Positions 18,518 to 25,367 of a stretch of DNA of 64,000 nt are shown here, piece by piece. The DNA lies in NCBI GenBank assembly GCA_018303825.1, contig JAGVXK010000021.1, forward strand, positions 7,752 to 71,751. Reading direction: 5' to 3'. A program made the position numbers and the translations under genes. Position 1 is the first letter of the stretch. Each line of letters starts with the position of its first letter. Origin of the DNA: Candidatus Pacearchaeota archaeon (GTDB lineage: Archaea > Nanobdellota > Nanobdellia > Pacearchaeales > GW2011-AR1). The notes under the pieces are model-generated. The model ran no database searches, had not been told where the DNA came from, and saw only the letters and a program-made list of their open reading frames with translations.

Positions 18518-19066
18518 ATGAATTCCAAAAAAGAGAAGGTTGCGATTTACATCGATGGTAGTAATTTATATTTCTCAATAAAAGATACATTCAATTGTAA
18601 AATTGACTTAGAAAAATTCTGTAAAAAATTAGTGAATGATGATGATTTAGCGAAGATTAATTATTATATTGCTCCTGTTGAGCAATTAGAAAATCCTAAA
18701 GCATACGCTCAACAGCAATCATTCTTTGAAAAATTAAGGAAAATTGATAAACTAAATCTAATTTTTGGCAGGCTAGAAAAGAGAAAGAAAGATGGAGAAA
18801 TATACCATGTAGAAAAAGCAACAGATGTAAATCTTGCCCTTGATTTGGCTTTAGATGCACAAAAAGGGGAATATGATAAGGCTCTTCTTATCTCAAATGA
18901 TGGTGACTTTTCTGGAGCGGTAACTGCCGCAGTCAGTTTCAAAAGAAAAGTCATTTATATTGCCATAGGCACCAACAAATCTATATCTTATCATTTGAAG
19001 AAAGTGGCATCTGCAACCTTTCGAATTAATAAGGAATTCATTGATGAATGTAAATTGGATGAGTAG
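18518..19066 (+). CDS. NYN-domain (LabA/DUF88-like) protein
   Basis: VAIYIDGSNLYFS.. at the N-terminus and ..ALLISNDGDFSGAV.. match the NYN/LabA-type nuclease fold pattern. Confidence 0.75.
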   Translation: MNSKKEKVAIYIDGSNLYFSIKDTFNCKIDLEKFCKKLVNDDDLAKINYYIAPVEQLENPKAYAQQQSFFEKLRKIDKLNLIFGRLEKRKKDGEIYHVEKATDVNLALDLALDAQKGEYDKALLISNDGDFSGAVTAAVSFKRKVIYIAIGTNKSISYHLKKVASATFRINKEFIDECKLDE

Positions 19067-19144
19067 AGTTTTCGGCTATTAGTATATGGTGAAAGTTGGG
19101 TTAAATCTCGTTTCGAACTAAGAGAACAATTATGGAATAATTGA

Positions 19145-19326
19145 GAGATTTACCTTTTAGCAGAGATTAGGCGAGTCTGAAAGACCTCGAGCTACGAACT
19201 AAGAGTCTCGAGTTAGCTAAACCTCACAAGAATGGGCTCTTTGCGTAATTGCTGAGAATCTTATGTTCTTAGGGCATTTCATTTGTATCTGTCGGGGGCG
19301 CGTTTTTGCTTCTCGCAGAAAATCTC
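19145..19326 (+). repeat. Island repeat copy 1, 3' half (C)
   Basis: gagattaggcgag at 19163-19175 (identical to 22884-22896). ctcgag/ctcgag stem at 19186-19191/19207-19212. cgtaattg at 19244-19251. G-rich arm gtcgggggc.. at 19291-19326. Confidence 0.7.
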
Positions 19327-19409
19327 TGATTTTCTGAGCCATCAAGAACTTTGTTCTTGAGGTTTTCTGAAAAAGAAGATTTTTTATATGTTGTTTATTA
19401 TTAATATCT

Positions 19410-19727
19410 ATGACTTATGCAGTTTATACAACTGAGAGTTTTGATAAAGAGGTTGAGAAATTGTCTGGAGGAGACCGAGAGATAATTCAGAAAATGTTTT
19501 TTAAGATTAAAGACAATCCTTACGCCAGTAACCAATTAAGATACAAGAATCTTAGAGAGAAGCGAATTAGAGAAAAAAGAGTTTATTTTCTAGTTTATGA
19601 TGATTTGCGAGCAGTTCTTATTGTTGCTATAAGCGGTAAGAAAGACCAACAAGCAACAATCAATCATATAATCAATTACTTTGATGATTATAAAGAATAC
19701 TTGGAAAAATTGCTAGGAAAAGATTAA
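19410..19727 (+). CDS. relE: RelE/ParE-family toxin
   Basis: 105 aa. The pattern ..EKRIREKRVYFLVYDDLRAVLIVAISGKKDQ.. is typical of RelE/ParE mRNA-interferase toxins. Confidence 0.7.
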   Translation: MTYAVYTTESFDKEVEKLSGGDREIIQKMFFKIKDNPYASNQLRYKNLREKRIREKRVYFLVYDDLRAVLIVAISGKKDQQATINHIINYFDDYKEYLEKLLGKD

Positions 19728-19879
19728 GCAACCTGTCTTACTCTGCCAGCTTTAACATCTTCTAAACTTGCCTTGAACTGCCTTAATAAATCAAAGTCTA
19801 TCTTTTCTAGCTCTCTGAGCATAGCTACTTGAGCCTTCATCTTCTCGTATTCATCTTTTGGTACCTTTACCATTTCCAT
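19724..19879 (-). CDS. Small antitoxin-like protein (51 aa), convergent with and overlapping relE by 4 nt
   Basis: MEMVKVPKDEYEKMKAQVAMLRELEKIDFDLLRQFKASLEDVKAGRV resembles the C-terminal ..DIKAGRV helices of Phd/YefM-type antitoxins. Below the ORF-track cutoff. Confidence 0.4.
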   Translation of the reverse strand: MEMVKVPKDEYEKMKAQVAMLRELEKIDFDLLRQFKASLEDVKAGRVRQVA

Positions 19880-19936
19880 AAATATTTCTAAGAATCAAAG
19901 TTTTTAAGCTTTCTGGAAGTCACTTTTGCCCCCTTG

Positions 19937-20074
19937 TTATTGGTTAATTATCTCTATTTTGAGCTCTACTATCGTTCCCGGTTTTAGTCTCTCCTCTAAC
20001 AATTTAGGCATGATTATTATAGCTTGTTTGCCGTGCTTGGCGATTTTCTTGATTATTGTGAATTGAGTTGTCAT
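19937..20074 (-). CDS. AbrB/SpoVT-like small DNA-binding protein (45 aa)
   Basis: MTTQFTIIKKIAKHGKQAIIIMPKLLEERLKPGTIVELKIEIINQ follows the AbrB/MazE-type swapped-hairpin pattern (..G.s..v.iPk.l.e.l.l..G..v.i.i). Confidence 0.45.
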   Translation of the reverse strand: MTTQFTIIKKIAKHGKQAIIIMPKLLEERLKPGTIVELKIEIINQ

Positions 20075-20258
20075 CTTACTAATTTATAGATCTCATAAAT
20101 AGATACTCCTAAAATTGCATATCTTATTGCAATATTCTTTGCAAAATCCCAGAAAGGATTACCTAAGGGCGAGCCTAAAAATAAAGTATTAAACTTTATT
20201 CCAATAATCTATATTTTCCCACGAGATATCGTAGACAATTGTTTAAAAATTTACTAAC

Positions 20259-20429
20259 TTATTCTGCGGTGAGCCCTAAACTATCTTGATCTGGCAATGC
20301 ATCAGCATAGCAGTCATCTAACAATCTTTCATCAATTCTCTTCAAAGCCCTTCTTTCTCCAATAATTGGAATTGAATCTTTAACAAGTTCGACTAACGAA
20401 ATCTTTTTGTTATTTGCCTTCTCTTTCAT
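20259..20429 (-). CDS. Small hypothetical protein (56 aa), third gene of a minus-strand operon
   Basis: The ATG at 20429 lies 5 nt after the stop of 20435..21145. Translation: MKEKANNKKISLVELVKDSIPIIGERRALKRIDERLLDDCYADALPDQDSLGLTAE. Confidence 0.35.
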   Translation of the reverse strand: MKEKANNKKISLVELVKDSIPIIGERRALKRIDERLLDDCYADALPDQDSLGLTAE

Positions 20430-20434
20430 TTTTT

Positions 20435-21145
20435 CTAACCTCGTATTGAATCTTCTACAATTCTATTCACTTCTGAAAGTATGCGTTCCCTCGTTCTCTG
20501 ACCAAAAATCCTATGGATTAATGAACTATCGTCATAACTTTGTAAAACAAACTCAACATTTGGAGGAGATGTAAATTTCTTAAATCTTCTAAGGGGATAA
20601 ATAGTAGTAACTTTAACCACACAACCATTTTGTTCTCCACCATTTCTTCTTTCAAACAAATCTGTTTCTGCATTCTTTCCATATTCGTCTACTACTCGAT
20701 GGTCGTCTAATACTTGGAGGTATTGTAAATATGGAATTTGACCTTTAGGACAAACGTTTTTTGGTCTAAAACTAAAAGGTTCTTTGTTAATTTTATCTGC
20801 TACAAAGGTCAAGATGTCTTCGGGTGCCTTGAATAAATGTCTACCAAAATCCCTAAAATCTTGCCCTAAAATACCTATTTGAACGCCTTCCCTAGCAGAA
20901 AAACTATAATCTTTCTTTGTATCAAATTCTGTCCAAATATGCCCGCCTAGACTCTCTAAGTGCCCAGTACCATCCAGATGGTTTACAAGAAAAGCGGGCC
21001 AAGTTCCCTTATTGTAATATCCTACCTGACATCCTGTAATTCTTACATTGCCCATTCCATGCAAAAGGTACATTAAATGCTCTGGGCTAATACTATCAAA
21101 TATGGCACTGTTTTGTACTCTCTTATCATACTTTTGTTCAATCAT
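20435..21145 (-). CDS. Hypothetical protein (236 aa)
   Basis: Long ORF with normal composition. Its start overlaps the stop of the upstream gene (ATGA). His/Gly-rich segment HLDGTGHLESLGGHIW. No family recognised. Confidence 0.6.
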   Translation of the reverse strand: MIEQKYDKRVQNSAIFDSISPEHLMYLLHGMGNVRITGCQVGYYNKGTWPAFLVNHLDGTGHLESLGGHIWTEFDTKKDYSFSAREGVQIGILGQDFRDFGRHLFKAPEDILTFVADKINKEPFSFRPKNVCPKGQIPYLQYLQVLDDHRVVDEYGKNAETDLFERRNGGEQNGCVVKVTTIYPLRRFKKFTSPPNVEFVLQSYDDSSLIHRIFGQRTRERILSEVNRIVEDSIRG

Positions 21146-21723
21146 TTTCTTTCACCTCCGAATTTTTTCTGAAGAAAATCCAATGCTAGTTGCCTTTCTC
21201 TTTCTGATTCAAAAATAACAAGGGGCCTTGGCCAAGGTTTGTTACATTTTTTAATAAAAAATTCAAGCAGGGATTGATGAGAAGAAGCTAATAGATGATC
21301 AAACCCGCTAGGGGTTAAATCTGAGTAACCTGGTGTCATCGGGCGACCTATTTTGTCTGCGATAGAATTAACCTCATAGGGTCTTGGTGTGAATGATAAC
21401 GCATAAACCCTCAAACTATCTCCAAACCTACCTGTATTGACGTGCTGAATTAGGCATAATTGATCTCCCAAATAAAGATGCATTTGCATATCCATTTTAT
21501 CTCTTTCATCCGCATTACAATAAATACGCCCGCCAGGAACAACGGGTGATGCTCCGCATAGAGTTATTTCGCCAAACTGAGCAACCCTCTCTAAGTAAAT
21601 TGGACCCCCATCATTAAATCTCGGTGCACATAATGATAAGTTAACACTTCTCTCTCTACAAAAAATTGCGTTTGCCATTTCTTGATGGGCGTCTTTTCTT
21701 TCTATGTTTAATCTTATTCTCAT
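21142..21723 (-). CDS. Hypothetical protein (193 aa)
   Basis: First gene of the operon divergent from the TrmB-like gene at 21852. No family recognised. Confidence 0.6.
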   Translation of the reverse strand: MRIRLNIERKDAHQEMANAIFCRERSVNLSLCAPRFNDGGPIYLERVAQFGEITLCGASPVVPGGRIYCNADERDKMDMQMHLYLGDQLCLIQHVNTGRFGDSLRVYALSFTPRPYEVNSIADKIGRPMTPGYSDLTPSGFDHLLASSHQSLLEFFIKKCNKPWPRPLVIFESERERQLALDFLQKKFGGERK

Positions 21724-21851
21724 TTTCTATTTCTCCCAAGTTTATTTACTATCATAAGATAATGGCATAATAAAGTGTATTTAAATTATTGTTGTAAGGA
21801 AGCTATTAACAATTTAGAAAGAATTAAATATAACAATTCACTTGATTTTAT

Positions 21852-22565
21852 ATGGAAATAACTACACTCGAGAGTCTTGGAATGAACAAAACAGAGGCCA
21901 AAGTATATCTGGCTTTACTTGAATTGGGAGAAGTACAAGCAGGACAGATAAGTAAAAAATCAGGAGTTAATAGAACAAGCACGTATGATTCATTAGAAAG
22001 ACTAATATCGAAGGGTCTCGTTAAATATGTTATTCAATCAAATAAAAAGGTATTCGGGGCAGATAAACCCAATAAAATAGTTGAGCAATTAAAAGAACAG
22101 GAGAGAATAGCTAAGCAAATACTGCCAGAACTTAATAATTTGTTTAAAGAATCAAAAAAAGATGAGGAATCTGAGATCTATAAAGGCAGAAAAGGGATAA
22201 GGTCTATCTTGTTTGAAATAGTAAAATATAAAGAATATATTGCTTTTGGCTCAAAAGGCAAGTTTTTAGAGATAATGAAGCACGATTTTGAGATTTTTCA
22301 AAAAAGGAAGAAAAAATTAAAGATAAAAGCCAGAGTAATATTAAGAGAATCTGATAGGACTTCTGAATCTGTTAAGGTTGCTTATAGTGATTTTAAATTT
22401 GTTCCTGATGAATATGGATCTCCGACTACTACATTTGTTTATGGAAATAATATTGCCATAATTGTCTGGCTGTCTGAGCCAATCGCTACAGTAATAAAGA
22501 GTAAAGAGGTCGCTGAAAGCTATTCGCATTATTTTGAACTACTTTGGAAACTCGCAAAGCCCTAG
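21852..22565 (+). CDS. TrmB-family transcriptional regulator (paralog 1)
   Basis: The N-terminal winged helix LESLGMNKTEAKVYLALLELGEVQAGQISKKSGVNRTSTYDSLERLISKGLV is a typical TrmB HTH. Confidence 0.8.
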   Translation: MEITTLESLGMNKTEAKVYLALLELGEVQAGQISKKSGVNRTSTYDSLERLISKGLVKYVIQSNKKVFGADKPNKIVEQLKEQERIAKQILPELNNLFKESKKDEESEIYKGRKGIRSILFEIVKYKEYIAFGSKGKFLEIMKHDFEIFQKRKKKLKIKARVILRESDRTSESVKVAYSDFKFVPDEYGSPTTTFVYGNNIAIIVWLSEPIATVIKSKEVAESYSHYFELLWKLAKP

Positions 22566-23037
22566 ATGATACCTTCTTCGGCGTGAGCCGAAGCTCTCTG
22601 TGCGAAGCACCCAAGCCCCCGACCAATTTCTGTTTGACTGAAATGCCTACAATCAGCAATTTCGTTTAAGCTTGATTAAACCTTTGGATTTTTTGTTAGT
22701 GGCTTAAGCGGAGCAAAGAGCCAATTACTATTTTAAAGTTGAGGTTTACTTTTCGTCTAATCGTTCAGGCTAAAAGAACTTTCAAGGCAATTGTTAAAAG
22801 TCAAAATAATTGAAAGTTACAGAAAATTATGGTTTCCATAAAGGAAATACTTTAGGATAAAGTAAATAATTTTTCTTTTAGTGGAGATTAGGCGAGTCCA
22901 AAGGACCTCTTGGTGCGAATTAAGAGCCAAGAGTTAGTAAACCACAACGAAATATTTGCGAATAAGTGTAATTGCTGGCTATTTTGGTTTTGGGGCTGGC
23001 GAGGCGTTTTTCTAAGGGGCACTTTTTCCTAGTCTAA
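22566..23037 (+). repeat. Island repeat copy 2 (D), full length; candidate structured RNA or MITE-like element
   Basis: GNRA hairpin cttcggc-gtga-gccgaag at 22576-22593. gtgc-gaa-gcac at 22600-22610. C-rich block at 22611-22623. Hairpin at 22663-22671/22702-22710. 28-nt block at 22758-22785. gagattaggcgag at 22884-22896. Stem at 22907-22913/22927-22933. aattgctg at 22970-22977. G-rich arm at 22992-23027. Confidence 0.75.
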
Positions 23038-23544
23038 CTAGTTAATTAAAAACCTATAATAAGATGTAAGAAAATCCAAATTATCTTTAGGATTTATATT
23101 CATATTTCCCTCTCCTGTAAAAATAACCTTGTCCCTGAGAGGATATAATGGTGACGACCTAAACTCTACATATCCAACTCCCGCCACCCTAAACCATGGC
23201 TCAAAGTCATCATGACCACCCGTGGGCAAAATTATCCCATTTCTAATCTCACTCAAAATATGTACAATTTCTGATCTATCCCTCATTCTTGTCAATTTAG
23301 CAAAATTGAATTTTGTTATTGCATGTGCAACAAGCTTCCTATAAAACTCTGTGCCATACTCGTGATCTGAATTTGAATCGAAGTTCCTTCGACAAAAATG
23401 AAATTCCAGAGGATTTCCTTCAAAATTGGATGACTTAATCAAATTAAGACTATCTTCCAAAAACACGTCTAACGCATTCCGAATACACAACGGGTACTTA
23501 CCAACCCTTCTGAATATAAACGCGTCATCATATAACTTCTCCAT
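23038..23544 (-). CDS. Hypothetical protein (168 aa)
   Basis: Divergent from the TrmB-like gene at 23630. No family recognised. Confidence 0.6.
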   Translation of the reverse strand: MEKLYDDAFIFRRVGKYPLCIRNALDVFLEDSLNLIKSSNFEGNPLEFHFCRRNFDSNSDHEYGTEFYRKLVAHAITKFNFAKLTRMRDRSEIVHILSEIRNGIILPTGGHDDFEPWFRVAGVGYVEFRSSPLYPLRDKVIFTGEGNMNINPKDNLDFLTSYYRFLIN

Positions 23545-23629
23545 GAACTCTCTGTCTTGCCTAGTCTTTTAAATCTTAGTTGTTATTATTAATAACAACA
23601 TTTAAATAATCACTACAATAAAACTAATA

Positions 23630-24337
23630 ATGGAAGAACTCATAGAAAATTTAAAAATGGCCGGTCTAACTGGAAATGAATCAAAAGTTTACGTAGGTCT
23701 AATTAAGATTGGAGAAACTTCAGCCAACGAATTAGCAAAAAATCTGAGTTTAGACAGAACATTAACATATACTATTCTAAACCATTTAATAGAAAAGGGA
23801 ATGGTTGGCTATGTTATCAAAGCAAATAAAAAGTTCTTCTCGGCATCTGAACCACAAAACCTATTAAATAAAATAAAAAAAGATGAAACAGCGATAAAAA
23901 GAGTGATAGAAACTTTAAAAACAATGAAAACAACAAACGAGCCCTCCCCGAAAGTGAATGTTTATGATGGGAAAGAGGGACTCAGAACATTCTTAAGGCT
24001 TCTGACAAAAGATAAGAAGATTTCTGCATTTGGAGCGACAGGCAGATTATATGACTCTCTCTTCGAAACAGAAGCCATCGCAAAAGAATTAAAAAAAACA
24101 TTATCTGCTAGAATTATTGCTAGTAATAAATATCGCACCCATCCAATTAGGAAAATAAAGAGAATTGAAGTAAGATATTTAGATGTGGACAACGAGGCAA
24201 CAACAACCATTTTCGGAGATTATATTGCCCTACATCTTTTAACAGATAAACCATTCATAATAACAATCAAGAACAAAGAAATTGCGCATGGTTATCTAAA
24301 CTATTTCAATCTTCTCTGGAAAATCGCCAAGAAATAA
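23630..24337 (+). CDS. TrmB-family transcriptional regulator (paralog 2)
   Basis: LKMAGLTGNESKVYVGLIKIGETSANELAKNLSLDRTLTYTILNHLIEKGMV. Its C-terminus ..YLNYFNLLWKIAKK parallels ..YSHYFELLWKLAKP of paralog 1. Confidence 0.8.
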   Translation: MEELIENLKMAGLTGNESKVYVGLIKIGETSANELAKNLSLDRTLTYTILNHLIEKGMVGYVIKANKKFFSASEPQNLLNKIKKDETAIKRVIETLKTMKTTNEPSPKVNVYDGKEGLRTFLRLLTKDKKISAFGATGRLYDSLFETEAIAKELKKTLSARIIASNKYRTHPIRKIKRIEVRYLDVDNEATTTIFGDYIALHLLTDKPFIITIKNKEIAHGYLNYFNLLWKIAKK

Positions 24338-24797
24338 TCTGAAAAAGTGCCCCGTTCTGCTGTTTGATAATTATTGTTCGTATTTTCGCCAACAGGCGAC
24401 TATCTGTGCGTAGCACCACCGAGCCAGCCCCTATCGAACTTCCAGCAATTTTGTTTAAACTAGATTAAACGCTCTGCGTCTGATTTCTGAAAATGGTTTA
24501 AACGAAACGAATGAGCAAATCCCTAAAGAGGTTTACTTATCGTTTAATCGTTCGTAATAAGAGTGGTTTTAGCCATTAATACTTAAATCGTATGAGCTAA
24601 AACTAAGACTAAATTCCGTCTTTCTACTAAAGAAAGTATTTCAGGATGAAATAAGGAATTTATCTCTTATGTGAGATTAGCCGACCACTTTAGTAGCGCG
24701 AGCTGATTACGAAAATCCTCGCGACTTTTGCTTTGTTCTCAGCCGATTTCGAAGCGTAATTGCCAAGATTTATAAAGTAGTAGATTTTATTTAGATT
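24338..24797 (+). repeat. Island repeat copy 3 (E), near full length
   Basis: aaaaagtgcccc at 24342-24353. Hairpin tcgcc-aaca-ggcga at 24386-24399. gtgc-gta-gcac at 24406-24416. gccagcccc at 24423-24431. Hairpin gtttaaac/gtttaaac at 24453-24460/24496-24503. gagattagccgac at 24673-24685. Stem cgcgag/ctcgcg at 24697-24702/24718-24723. aattgc at 24758-24763. Confidence 0.75.
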
Positions 24798-25085
24798 ATG
24801 GGTTGGAAAAACTGGAGTTATTGGTTGAGAGGAGGTTTTTTGCTAGCAACGATTTACTTTATTTATACTTTACTTATAAATCAATTATATGGGACAGTTA
24901 TAAAAGCAGGATTATATCGCATATTATATGAGGTCGGATATCCCTTCAATTTTGTACGGTTTTTGGTTATGGGCTTTAATGAATCATTCATAGCCATAAT
25001 TTTCAGTTGGATAATTGCATATATTGTCTTTTTCCTTCTTGGAGCAATAATTGGTTGGATCGTTGGTAAAATAAAATCTAAGTAA
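24798..25085 (+). CDS. Small membrane protein (95 aa)
   Basis: Three hydrophobic segments. Flanked on both sides by island repeat copies. Confidence 0.55.
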   Translation: MGWKNWSYWLRGGFLLATIYFIYTLLINQLYGTVIKAGLYRILYEVGYPFNFVRFLVMGFNESFIAIIFSWIIAYIVFFLLGAIIGWIVGKIKSK

Positions 25086-25100
25086 TTCTTTTTTGAATAA

Positions 25101-25367
25101 TTGGCAATTTCGTTTAAGCAAGCTATTGTGCGACATCTCTGATTCGCACCCAGCGGTTAAGCGGAGCGAGAAATTAACGGGCTGAGAATTGCAAGCCGAA
25201 AGGGGCAAGAGTTTACAGGCAATATTCTATTTGTTACTATGGAAACTCTGAAGGGGAAGGGGCTTTCTTTTTCTTGAGGGGATTTGCAACCCGAGCGATA
25301 GCGAAGGGCAAAGCAAAAGTTTGGTTAATCATACTTAAACGAACATTAAGAATGAAAAAGAAAGGAT
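25101..25367 (+). repeat. Island repeat copy 4 (F), partial and rearranged
   Basis: ggcaatttcgtttaagc at 25103-25119, with the 3' arm ggttaagcggagcgag at 25155-25170. The inner stem gtgcga../..tcgcac replaces the usual loop. Further fragments are gagtttac and cttaaacgaac. Confidence 0.55.

Noticed and set aside
19163-19195. gagtctgaaagacctc / gagtccaaaggacctc resembling the RNase P CR-I box (GAGGAAAGUCC).
   Set aside because: The resemblance is only partial. There are three diverged copies within 6 kb, and the other universally conserved RNase P regions are absent.
22598-22610. GTGCG in the elements (D 22600, E 24406, F ~25128) read as a group II intron 5' end (GUGYG).
   Set aside because: The pentamer is simply one arm of a tiny hairpin (gtgc-gaa-gcac). 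No domain V-like helix or AY 3' end was found, and the elements are shorter than ORF-less group II introns.
18254-25163. Reading the repeated hairpins as integron attC sites, with the island as an archaeal integron cassette array.
   Set aside because: The hairpin feet (cgtttaagc/gcttaagcg) do not fit the R''/R' cores (RYYYAAC/GTTRRRY). Cassette genes point in both directions. The conserved unit is ~0.3-0.47 kb with several helices rather than a single 60-140 nt attC. No IntI-type integrase flanks the island. This is not fully excluded without an attC covariance-model search.
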